NCBI GenBank assembly: GCA_012295275.1
Contig: CM022671.1
Span: 1,984,001-2,048,000, forward strand
Origin: Chrysomallon squamiferum
Lineage: Eukaryota > Animalia > Mollusca
Reading direction: 5' to 3'
DNA: 64,000 nucleotides
Below the pieces are notes generated by a model. That model did no database searches. It saw only the letters and a list, made by a program, of their open reading frames with translations, and was not told the origin of the DNA. The position numbers were made by a program, and so were the translations under genes. Positions within the stretch are counted from its first letter, which is position 1; every line of letters begins with the position of its first letter. This document shows positions 45,790 to 57,841 of the stretch, one piece after another.

Positions 45790-47116
45790 ATGACGTTCAG
45801 AACACGTGTACGTACTGCGCTAACTCTGCTAATGTGTGCCACTGCTCTTAATGTGCTGATATTCACACATCCTTATAGTGATTCGGTATCCATGTTTACA
45901 TCAACGATTCACGAACCGTTCGACTCTTCGGCAAAACGAAATATACTGCAATCTGATATAAAGATGTTAAAATTGTTGGCCACCAAGTTGAACAGAGAGC
46001 AACAGGTTAAGAATTTAGATAAATTTACAATCAACTTTGAATAAAGATTCTGTCATTATTCTTGTTCAGGTTCACGATCGAGCAGAAACCTTGAGCCTGC
46101 TCGTGGAATCTCTTCGTAACGTGCTGTACATTAACGAATCTCTGGTCATATTTAGTCACGATGTCTACAATGAAGAGATATTCGATATAATCCAAGCAAT
46201 AGATTTCTGTCTCTTTATGCAGATATTCTATCCCTACTCTATTCAGATATATCCCAAGAGCTTCCCAGGCGACCATCCGAACGACTGTCCTTCATCTAGC
46301 AGTCAGACAGCTGCAGTGAATCTGAACTGTAACAATGCCTTATATCCAGATACATTTAGCCATTACCGGAAAGGCCGTGTCTCTCAGATAAAACATCACT
46401 GGTTGTGGAAAATCCATTTTGTGTTCGACAGGGTAAGGCTATTACGTGAATTTAACGGAACTGTGCTGCGTTTCGAAGATGATTATTATTTAGCTGATGA
46501 TGTTATTTATTTTATTCGTAAACTCAATGAGCTGAAAAAAGAATGGTATCCTTCTGTCAAGATGTTCAGTATGTGGAGTAATGAAGATATTTCTGAAATG
46601 GTGTTTACGTCAGCATCGCACATGGCTAAAGTGCAGTTATACTACCCAGGAATCTTTGGTGGACTCGCTTTTTCGAGAGAGTTTTGGGACATACTGAGAT
46701 CGTGTGCGAAATACTTTTGCACGTATGATGATTACAACTGGGACTTCAGTCTGCAGTATGTCATGAAGGCTTGCCTCAAAGATAATGTTAAAATTTTAAC
46801 TTCTATATCCAATCGAATTTTCCATATTGGCAAGTGTCATGGTATTCACAGAAATGTGACCAATTGCAGTGTTCAGGACACTGTAAGTTTTGTCAGAAAA
46901 ATTCTAAAACATTACAGGTCAAACCTCTTCCCTAGATACATTTATATCATTAATATGGAGAGACAAACTACCAAGCTTACGGGAGGGTATGGAGGTTGGT
47001 CAGATCCACGTGACCAGATGCTGTGCATGAGTATGATGACCAACGTCACCAATGGCGACGACAAATTTCTTACAAAAATACACAAGAGCCTGGGAAACAA
47101 TAATTTAAACATCTGA
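45790..47116 (+). CDS. MGAT2: Alpha-1,6-mannosyl-glycoprotein 2-beta-N-acetylglucosaminyltransferase-like (GT16), intronless, with a +1 frameshift at 46036-46044
   Basis: Type II anchor MTFRTRVRTALTLLMCATALNVLIF. Family motifs VQVHDR, VIFSHD, YPYSIQIYP..FPG..PNDCP, KHHWLWK, YDDYNWD, RIFHIG.C.GIH and GGWSDPRD..LC. Removing one T gives 441 aa. Confidence 0.88.
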
Positions 47117-47465
47117 ACTTTAAATGCAGTGTAATAATTCTTCACAAGCAAGTTGCATTAAAGAAATAGGACTTTATAATGAGCAATAATAATAATACTA
47201 ATAGTACTAATACTACTGCTAATACTACTACTAATACTACTACTACTACTACTAATAATAATAATAATAATATTAATAATGTTGTTGTTGTATCATTTTA
47301 TTCTCGTGTATACTTCATACTGAGACAGATATTTTTAGTTTTGTGCCTTTATATATATTTTTTGTTATTGTTGCTTTACTTATATAATAATAATTGATTT
47401 TCAGATTTAAAGCTCTGACAGTATTGCAAGAAAGACAGCCTTTGTGAAAAAAAAGAAGAAAAACC

Positions 47466-47504
<39 letters not shown>

Positions 47505-47515
47505 GTTTTTGAACA

Positions 47516-48280
47516 ATGGAACTACAAACTCTATGGGCTTTCATTATTGAATGTTTTTTCTATGTCGGTATTTTCGGAAACTGCATGGTGACTTTTCTAA
47601 CGCTTTGCAAAACGAAAGTTTCTCCAGCTGTTTACAGTATGCCGCTTTACGTGTTCGACATCATCTTCGCGATTTCTTTGTGTTATTCTGTGAGACAGCT
47701 GCACATGTCTTCTGTTCTGAACGTCGTTGTAGTGATAACATCAGCACAGTCTAATGTCTGTAGAATCATCTGTTTGACTGTTACTGAATCCGCTCTGGAA
47801 CGTCTTACGACTAAAACGTTTTATGTTCAGTTTAACAAATCATCTCTGTTCATCTGTATATTTGGAATTGTGTCATTTGTGGTGATTCTTTCCACGTTCC
47901 ATAACTCTGAAATCTTATTTTACAGATTTATGATAATCCAGTCACTGTTTATTCTTCCACTATCTGCTGAATCGTGTTTGATATTTCGTGTTAAACAGCT
48001 TTGCGGGGAGATAATCCTTGCAGTGCCTACCTATGATAAACAATTACTTTCTACGATAAAGTACGTTATATGTGCGACTTTGCTGTCTTTTCTAGTATAT
48101 CCGATATTATCCGTTGTTCTGATTTTTGAACACATTTTTCCCAAAGAAGCAACCAACGAATTAGCTGTAATTATCATTGCTGCATCCGTTCTGAAATGCA
48201 TTTCTAACTTGATTGTCTATGTTTTGACTATCAACTGCACAAATCGTGTAAGAAAAATGGTAATCTGTGACAGACTGTAG
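47516..48280 (+). CDS. Divergent intronless rhodopsin-like (class A) GPCR, 254 aa
   Basis: Hydrophobic segments with class A landmarks in the expected order: VGIFGN (TM1), LYVFD (TM2), ALERL (DRY-like), FILPL (TM5), LVYP (TM6), SNLIVY (NPxxY-like) and a basic helix 8. Strong Kozak context acaATGG; AATAAA near 48317. Confidence 0.72.
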   Translation: MELQTLWAFIIECFFYVGIFGNCMVTFLTLCKTKVSPAVYSMPLYVFDIIFAISLCYSVRQLHMSSVLNVVVVITSAQSNVCRIICLTVTESALERLTTKTFYVQFNKSSLFICIFGIVSFVVILSTFHNSEILFYRFMIIQSLFILPLSAESCLIFRVKQLCGEIILAVPTYDKQLLSTIKYVICATLLSFLVYPILSVVLIFEHIFPKEATNELAVIIIAASVLKCISNLIVYVLTINCTNRVRKMVICDRL

Positions 48281-49300
48281 AACATTTGTACATATACACT
48301 AACTTAAAACGAAAAGAATAAACAGTTAATTAGACACGTATTTTTTTATTTTTGTTTTATTTTATGTTTTATTAATTTATAAACAACACATCAAAGTAAT
48401 GCTTAATATGAATAAAACGATTCTCTACATTTGTATAATCAGTCTAGAGACAAGATAAGAATCCAGAGTACACAAACTATGTATAGATATAAATACTAAA
48501 TAAATAACAAAATAAATAGAAGACTTAACTCAAATGAATTTGATAAATATGCAGACACACACACAGACACATATAGATGTAAATGTATTTATTGATACAA
48601 AAAACCAGCAACAGCAGATGATATTTACAAGTGTGTACATTAGCGAAAACTTAAACTGAAGCACATATCCAGAAATAAACACAAAATTCATATATTTTCT
48701 GATTTATAAACTTGGCACAACGTAATTAATTCGTACTGGTCTTAATAGCTCTAAACGTTGAGTAATATATTTTAAATCACAAACATTCAGAAAAAAGTCG
48801 CTTTCTTTAAAACAAACATTTTTTTTGGATCTGTATATAATCGAACAAGGATAAGTTGAACACTGATTTCTCGAGAAACAGAATACCATTTACAAAAAGT
48901 TTAAAGTTACTTCTGTTTAATTGCTGACTCAGAGCTTAAAAGAACAGTTTGAAAATAATTTTCATTGAAAAAATATATAAATTGTTGCTATTTAAGAACT
49001 ATTTTGGAGGCTGAAAATGATATCAATATATTTAAATCTACTATTCTTGAGAGCAGTGAGTTGAGAACATTTTTATATTAGTTAGGATTACAGAATAAAT
49101 AAAATAACTGGTTACTTCATATATATATACACACACATACATACATACACATATATCCATTTCTGAATGTACTTTTCTAATGTAAAAACATTTAAATTCA
49201 TAACTTGTCTTGTATTTATAAATTAAAAAATCCTTCATCAAAATCTATCTATGTAACAGATATTATGCTATAAACATTGTGCATATTATTATTATTTATT

Positions 49301-49407
49301 TTATTCGAATATAAAACATCTATCAATTTGTCTCTCTAGAAATTTATTCCTATGAAAAAAGTTCCTTTCATAATGTCCTGAATCCAGCTGTCTTCGGATG
49401 TCAAATA
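49301..49407 (-). CDS. SREC/MEGF-like gene, candidate terminal exon (VFDIRRQLDSGHYERNF...)
   Basis: Open in phase 1 after a tAG acceptor; contains a DSGHYE tyrosine motif and ends in TAA at 49301-49303. Confidence 0.4.
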
Positions 49408-49826
49408 CTATTTATAATAACACAATATTCCATTAAATATTTTTCATTTTCTCATATTTATAGATTATGTACTGATAGCAGTCAGTACTTCAGATATATG
49501 TGAAATTATCTTAGCTCTTTTAAATCCCTATATTAACATCATTCAAAACAAAAAAAACAGTCAAAGGATTTTAACTTTTATTTCAGTCTTCAAAATTTAT
49601 TTTACCATATTCTTCTCGAAAGTCAGTTACTGTATTTCGATTTTAAATTCCCTAAATAACATTAATTTATATAAAAAGGGTAAACAGTTACAAATAAAAA
49701 AAAAGATTCTCAGAAGAAAAGATTCTGAGTTCAATAGCAGGACGAGAGATGTTGTAGATAGAGAACAGAGAGAGAGAGATTAACTGAGAATCTTTCTGAA
49801 TAAGAGAGAGTATTTCTGAGAGAGAA

Positions 49827-49866
<40 letters not shown>

Positions 49867-49910
49867 ACTCATTAACATCATATATATTTTTGTACATCAA
49901 AAGATTTCAC

Positions 49911-49987
49911 CTTTATTTCCGTTCTTCTGTCTTTTTACATAATATATTCCTCCATGAATACATGTTTTTAACTTTTTCGAACTCTCT
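49911..49987 (-). CDS. SREC/MEGF-like gene, penultimate exon (ESSKKLKTCIHGGIYYVKRQKNGNK)
   Basis: tacAG acceptor and AAG|GTGAAA donor; 77 nt, open in phase 2->1. Confidence 0.45.
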
Positions 49988-50003
49988 CTGTACTAAAGGA
50001 AGC

Positions 50004-50036
<33 letters not shown>

Positions 50037-50837
50037 TATATACATATCCAAAAAGATACAAGGAAACGGATATCTATAGACATACAAACATACACTCATA
50101 CACAGACAGAGACCACAGAGAGACAGATAGATAGACAAAAGAGACACAGAGAGACATATATCGGATATATATATAGATAAACATACATATAAAAAGAAAC
50201 AAAAAGACAGAAAGAAATAGAAAGAAAAGGGAAAGTAGATATGTTAGAGGTATCTCTATTGATAGACATAGATAGACGTAGAAGTGGATGGATGGTTGAT
50301 AGGATGGAGAGACAAAAACATGCATTCTAGCACACATACATCATGTAAACATACATACGAACGGACACACATGCGTACATACAAACCAACGTAGGTACAT
50401 ATATACATATACATACATACATATATGCATACATAAACACATAGAAGGAAATATACATATGTACATACATGTATAAACACATACACTCATACACAGACTA
50501 CAGAGAGAGCCATAGAGACAAAGAGACATAGACATAAATACGGATATATATAGAGATAGATAGGCAGATAGATACATAGATAGATAGACAGATACATAGA
50601 TACATAGATACATAGATAGATAGATAGATAGACAGACAGATAGATAGAGAGAGAGATAAATAGAGAGATAGATAGACGGACAGACAGAGTTAAATGTATA
50701 TATGTAGTGAAAGAAAGAAAGAAAGAAATACAAATAGGGAAGTAGATATGTAGGTATCTCGACAGATAGACAAAGACAGACGTAGATGTAGGTACATATA
50801 AGTAGATAGAGTGTGAAAAACAGATAAATCTGCTTAC

Positions 50838-50864
50838 TTATTCTCAGGTGAATCCCCACTCTCT
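50838..50864 (-). CDS. SREC/MEGF-like gene, 27-nt micro-exon (ESGDSPEN)
   Basis: ttttaattacAG acceptor and GTAAGC donor; phase 2-2. Confidence 0.6.
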
Positions 50865-51467
50865 CTGTAATTAAAATGAACAAACATTAATTAATTAAAC
50901 AGACATAAAAAAGTCTGATATAGATAGACAGATATAGAGAGGTGAAAAACATGCATTCTGGCACACATACATCATGTAAACATACATACACTCGACACAC
51001 ATGTACACATAAATACCAACGTAGGTACATATATACATATACATACATACATATATATATATGACAAACACATAGAAGGAAATATAAATATACACACATG
51101 TATAAACACATACACTCATACACAGACTACAGAGAGAGCCATAGAGACAAAGAGACACAGACATACATACAGATATATATAGAGATAGATAGGGAGATAG
51201 ATAGATAGATAGATAGATAGATACATAGATACATAGATAGATAGATAGATAGATAGACAGATAGATAGATAGATAGATAAATATAGATAGATAGACATAG
51301 ACAGACAGACAGTTAAATGTATATATGTAGTGAAAGAAAAAAGAAAGAAAGAAATACAAATAGGGAAGTAGATATGTAGGTATCTCGACAGATAGACAAA
51401 GACAGACGTAGAAGTAGGTACATATAAAAACAGATAGAGTGTGAAAAACAGATACAATCTTTCTTAC

Positions 51468-51496
51468 TTATTCTCAGCTGAATTCTCAGTCTCTGT
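51468..51496 (-). other. 29-nt micro-exon copy (ETENSAEN), not frame-preserving as assembled
   Basis: Same ttttaattacAG acceptor and GTAAGA donor as the sister copies, but the length is not a multiple of 3. Confidence 0.45.
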
Positions 51497-52520
51497 CTGT
51501 AATTAAAATGAACAAACATTAATTAATTAAACAGACATAAAAAGTCTGATATAGATAGACAGATATAGAGAGTGAAAAACATGCATTCTGGCACACATAC
51601 ATCATGTAAACATACATACGAACGGACACACATGCGTACATACAAACCAACGTAGGTACATATATACATATACATACATATATGCATACATAAACACATA
51701 GAAGGAAATATACATATGTACACACTTGTATAAACACATACACTCATACACAGACTACAGAGAGAGCCATAGAGACAAAGAGACATAGACATACATACAT
51801 ATATATATATATAGATAGATAGATAGGAAGATAGATACATAGATAGATAGACAGATAGATACATGGATGGATAGATACATAGATAGATAGATAGATATAT
51901 TATAGACAGATAGATAGAGAGATAAATAGAGAGATAGATATTATATACAGTGAGAGAGAAAGTTAAATGTATATATGTAAGAAAGAAAGAAAAAAGAAAG
52001 AAAGAAATAGAAATAGGGAAGTAGATATGTAGGTATCTCGACAGATAGACAAAGACAGACGTAGAAGTAGGTACATATAAATAGATAGAGTGTGTAAAAC
52101 AGATAAATCTGCTTTCATTCTTTCATTCTGAGCTGAACCCTCATTCTCTTGAAACCCCACTCTGTCTGTAATTAAAATGAACAAACATTAATTAATTAAA
52201 CAGACATAAAAAGTCTGATATAGATAGACAGATATAGAGAGTGAAAAACATGCATTCTAGCACACATACATCATGCATACATATATACTATACCTACGAT
52301 ACATACATATACATATATTTATATATTCATACAGACACATACATACATCCATGCACGCATTCATAAAAATACATACATATATAGATTTATGTATGCATAC
52401 ATAAAACATAGAGAAGGAAACATACATACGTACATACATATAAACATGCATGTATATACACACATATGGATTACAGAGAGACAGACATAGAGACATAGAA
52501 ACACAGACAATCAGACAGAC

Positions 52521-52600
<80 letters not shown>

Positions 52601-52803
52601 CGATCGATAGATAGGTAGATAGATAGACAGATAGATAGACAGATAGACAGAGAGAAAGTTACATGTATATGTTCAGTGAAAAAAAGAAAAAAGAAAGAGA
52701 AATTGGGAAATGAGTATGTAGGTATCACGATTGCTAGACAGACAGGCATAGAAGTAGGTACACATAAATAGACAGAGTGAGAAAAACAGATAAATGTTCT
52801 TAC

Positions 52804-52833
52804 TTCCTGTCAGGTGGATTCTTCCTAGTGGGT
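52804..52833 (-). CDS. SREC/MEGF-like gene, 30-nt micro-exon (PTRKNPPDR)
   Basis: ttttaattacAG acceptor and GTAAGA donor; phase 2-2, in frame with the transmembrane exon. Confidence 0.6.
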
Positions 52834-53940
52834 CTGTAATTAAAATAAACAAATACCAAAAAAATCTGATATAGACAGACAAATATAGATAATTAAAAAC
52901 GTGGTTTGTTGCATACATTCAAGAATACGAACAGGACATACATACATATATATATACATTCATGCATACAAGACATACGTATATCTAATCTATCGATCTC
53001 TATCTATCTACCTATCTATCTATCTATCTATCCATTTATATATATACATACACACACAGATACAAATATATATAGAGAGAGATTACAGAGAGAGACAAAT
53101 AAAGAATCAGTCATTATACATACATACATACATACATACATACAACAGATACACACAAACATTTTTGTTTTATTACTATGCTTAATCCAACGAGTTCAGT
53201 GTGGTCCATACATCTGTTAATTTAAACATCGCAGCATTTGTTATAAGCGAAAAAAAGAATGTTATTTATTATGGACATCCTACTACATCATGATACTTAG
53301 GTTTTCTTGTACAAATAAAATAAATATTTAATTCTAAAAACAAAACGAACCAACCAACCAACAACAATAATAAAACCGTAACAGCAGCAATACCAAAAAT
53401 ACATTAGTAGTCTCTACTTGTGTATGTTTGTTTTTGTTTTTATGTTTACGATCAAAATATGTAAAATCAGGAGAATTAAAAACACAATTGAAAGAAAAAA
53501 TTAAACTATAAAAGAATAATTTCTATTTTAATCTTTCTGTATTTTCACCATTTTACTGTAAAAATCTGATTGCTATTTATCTATTTATAACGTTAACAGA
53601 AATAGTATTTAAATGCATATCTTTCGACTGCAGTGATCTTGAACTTTGACTTCTATCTTTATTTCAGAAAGTCTTAATAGCATAAAAAGTTAAACAGCTG
53701 CAGTCTCATCTTTCTAACAGTGTAGGATATTCATGTGTAACATGTAAAGTATCAGACAAAAATTAAAACATCAAAGATGATTTTGAGAGAGAAAACCTGG
53801 GCCATCATGTGATTGTCTACTCTTTGTTGATTAACAAGAAGAAATTTTTGTATTACACTTTTTTTAGTACAAATCACACACCAAGACCTTTGATGAACTT
53901 GCTGTGGAAAATGACATAACTGAGATAATGAATAACAAAC

Positions 53941-54109
53941 CTAAAATAGCTAGGGTCCGTGCTCGAGTCCATGCGGTAAATGCCGATGCCAATGACGATG
54001 CTGGCGCCGATGCCAATGCTGATGCCGATGCCGATACCGGTATCCAGTCTATCATGATGTTTAGTACGGCTGTCGTTGGAATCTTTAGTCGAATAAGGAT
54101 CTGGAAGTA
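53941..54109 (-). CDS. SREC/MEGF-like gene, stalk and Gly/Ile-rich transmembrane exon
   Basis: Phase 1->2, 169 nt. Reads ILPDPYSTKDSNDSRTKHHDRLDTGIGIGISIGIGASIVIGIGIYRMDSSTDPSYF. An alternative in-phase acceptor lies 9 nt inside. Confidence 0.6.
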
Positions 54110-54446
54110 CTTTTGAAAAATGAGATCAAATTTAAAAAAATATATATATATCTGTATATATGTTCTATGTGTATAAAGGGACTTTATACTAAGCCTTTAG
54201 ATTCGTTCATCGTTTAATCTTATTTTGTAAAATTTAAGAAAAATCAATGAAAGGTGATATAATGGATATCATTGATATGTTATGTAATTTACATATGAAG
54301 TTATTGATTTTCAGCTTTATTTACATAGTGTTTCTCACTTTACATATATTTTATGTACACTTATTGTGAACCTCATTGTACATTGATACTATAAACTTAC
54401 TGTATACTTATAAAATACGCTCTGTAAACTTATATCTGTCACAGAA

Positions 54447-54860
54447 TACTTATTATATACCTCACTCTATACTTACTATAATCCTCAGTCTATACTTATT
54501 ATATATCTCACTCTATACTTACTATAATCCTCAGTCTATACTTATTATATACCTCACTCTATACTTACTATAATCCTCAGTCTATACTTATTATATACTC
54601 TCACTATACTACTATATAATCCTCTCAGTCTATACTTATTATATATACTCTCTATACTCTACTATAATCCACAGTATACATTTATATAGCTCACTGTATA
54701 TTTACTATATACACTCATTATACACCTGTTTTATACTATAATCCTCACTCTATACATATTATATATTCAATACCTTACTATAATCCTCAGTCTATACTTA
54801 TTATATACTCTCACTCTGTACTTTATAATCCTCAGTATATATTATATAGCTCACTATATA
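54447..54860. repeat. 46-bp minisatellite built from two related 23-bp halves, decaying rightwards
   Basis: cttattatatacctcactctata alternates with cttactataatcctcagtctata. Confidence 0.85.
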
Positions 54861-55271
54861 TTAACATGAACTCTAAATATATTTATTATATATTCTCATT
54901 GTATACTTATTCTCATTGGGTATTTAAATACTCTCATCTACTCTTGTTACATTCTCTGTGTTTTTACCCTCAACATTTATTTATATACCTCATTGTAAAC
55001 ATTTATATACTCTCAGTTTACTTATTATATACCTCTACACATACTAATTATACTTCCACTTTATATTTTAAATACTGTAACTTATTGTAGACCCTAACAG
55101 AATATTTATTACACATCTCACTATATATCACTCTAAATTTATTATACACCTTACTGCAAACCCGTCTTACATTATCATTTCTTTGCACCTCGCTGTTCAC
55201 TTCTGTATAATTATAGCAACTGTACATTTATTTAAACAGCTACTGTGACGACTGTTTTATTCATGAAACTA

Positions 55272-55313
<42 letters not shown>

Positions 55314-55391
55314 CATCATCATCATCATCATCATCATCACCGTAGTAATCAGAATATCAATAAATAAACAGTTTTATAATTTAAAAATCAA

Positions 55392-55454
<63 letters not shown>

Positions 55455-55513
55455 GTCACATGACTATAAATAATATTAAATAAGGAGGAGAAGAAGAATA
55501 CCTTAGAAATTAA

Positions 55514-55571
<58 letters not shown>

Positions 55572-55627
55572 ACTGTTGACTCGATTTCTTGGACCATATC
55601 TGTTAAAGTCTGAATATTTAAATTTAC

Positions 55628-55791
55628 TGCCAGTTCCCAGACAGGGACCGACAACTCGTGCAGTGTCCGGTAGATGGCAGGCGTCGCGTTGTGAGCGGAA
55701 TGGCAGAACAGTGTTTTCTCCAAATCAGCGCCACTGTTTCATTATTACACCTACTAAAATAGATTTTTGGGACCAGCAATAGCTTGTTTGG
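55628..55791 (-). pseudogene. Disrupted EGF-like exon of the SREC/MEGF-like gene
   Basis: Very strong polypyrimidine acceptor and GTAAAT donor. Contains STGHCTSC but is 164 nt long with a TAG in the expected phase-1 frame. Confidence 0.45.
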
Positions 55792-56072
55792 CTGCAAGGG
55801 GAACAAGTGAGAGAAAAAAAGAAAACGTGCATCTTAGTGTCAGTCAGGAATGATAGAACTTCTTGAATAAGGCGTCTCTCTATACTGTTCTTACAATATT
55901 ACATAAATATATTATACAGTTGTACTAAAGTTTAATGTTTAGGTAAATTTTAGGTTGCTTTCCAGACATTTGAATTTTCCGGACTGCCCTCTATTAGTCC
56001 GAAAAACTGAAAGTCACCAGTATATGTAAGAGATAAATCACGACTGAATAATAATTCTGTAAAGTTACTTAC

Positions 56073-56406
56073 TGATGTTAGCTGATGGTGTTGTGGTTGT
56101 AGAATTAATACATTTGCCTTTAGCATCACATCCAGCGCTACAGTGTGGACAGGGAAATGAACAGTGAGTTCCAAAATAACCATCTTTGCACTGTCCAGAA
56201 CAACTTCCACTACTGCGATTACACTTCAAACAGAACATTTGACACTTCCGCTTACAAAGGACTCCGTACCACCCATCTTCACATCCTTTTTGACAAACTG
56301 CGGAAGAATTTACACGTTGTTTATATTCTCCGGGTACTTTACAGTGAGGTTTCACTAAAGAATACACGGATGGTACAGTAAAGAGTAAGAGGAGAAGAAC
56401 TCCCAT
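56073..56406 (-). CDS. SREC/MEGF-like EGF-repeat membrane protein, first coding exon (signal peptide and laminin-type EGF-like repeats)
   Basis: MGVLLLLLFTVPSVYS signal; CQKGCEDGWYGVLC...CNRSSGSCSGQCKDGYFGTHCSFPC repeats. Acceptor at 56432-56433 and A|GTAAGT donor (phase 1). A non-coding exon donor GTAAGT is present near 56860. Confidence 0.85.
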
Positions 56407-57259
56407 GTTTTTACACCTTTTCTTCAAACTCCTGAAACAGCAAAATATCAAGAAATGAAAGATGTGTTCCGGTTATGGTTTTTATTTTGTTAAATTTTTA
56501 TTTTTTTATTATTCTTTCATTTTTTAGTCGACTAATTACATTTAATTTTAAACTTTATTTCTTTCATTTCAAATTCCATAACCTCCTAAATGATTCAACA
56601 TAATTTTATTAAAGGGAGGTTAACAGTTTTAAACACCGATAAAACTTTAGAAATAACTATTTGACTATATAATTCAGGATACAATTATTTTTTTTATATA
56701 TTAATACAATCTTAATTTCTCACTATTTAACTGATTTCCACAAAATCATTAAATCAATCTTATTCATAGTTTCCATTTAAAATGACCCCAAAAGTCATTC
56801 AAATTAATCCCGATTTTTAAAATCATTTCTCACTATATGTATTCTGTGGTATCTACTTACTTATTCTGCCAGCACGTTTTCTTGAAACAAACCACTTTAT
56901 TACATTCCTTATTAGACACTGTCATTCCGTTCGAATCCTTTAATACTTTACACTATTTTATTTTTTTATAAAATAATCAGAGATAATTGTTAAAAGTTCC
57001 AGTCTTCAACAAATTCAGTATTTTATATCTTTCAAACAAAACTAAGACGAAGTCTCGCCGTTCCTCGAAGTAAACCTTTAGGTAGCGTGTTTATCTCTCT
57101 GTCAGTCTACAGGGTTCACATTACTAACAATAGATATATAAATAACTATGAATAGTATGTGTAGGAATGTACTGAGTGCTCCATAGACAGTGACCAAAAT
57201 GACTTCATTCTGGTAAATATCTCAGTATTTAAAAAAAAAAAGATTTGCTTGTTTAAGCT

Positions 57260-57325
<66 letters not shown>

Positions 57326-57806
57326 TAATAATAATATACAAACGGCATGAAATACAGTAAATTCAAAGAGGATAAAATAGATGAAATAACAGATATTTGT
57401 AAGTAGTATAATAATGTTAATCCAAATATCTTATCCCCGTACGTATATATCTATATATCTATATATGTCTGTTTAATGTTTAAATACATATCTCTTGACG
57501 AAACAGAATAAGAAAACTATTCATCGCTATGGTCTCAGTAACGATCAGTAGCAGTGACGATTGGGCGACCAGATTAACTAACAGTTTTTATCTACTTATG
57601 TCGACGGTTAGTTTTTAATATCTCGAACGGTCCAGTTATTTAAGAAGCCAAAGCTGACATTTTACTTGAGTGTATACATGCACAAACAGTCCTGTAACGA
57701 AACACCTAACAAAAGGTCCTTTGTGTAAGTTCTGGTTACCGTTACCACGTATAAATAACGTCTGCAGGTGACAGGCTACAAGTATGAATTCCAGTACTTG
57801 TATGTA

Positions 57807-57841
<35 letters not shown>

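Larger units (their letters stand above)
50200..52900. repeat. Tandem duplication of a ~630-670 bp unit (about 4 copies), each with (GATA)n and (TACA)n tracts and a micro-exon or remnant
   Basis: The landmark ctgtaattaaaat recurs at 50865, 51497, 52166 and 52834, with shared flanks (catgcattct, ggtatctcgacagatagac). Confidence 0.9.
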
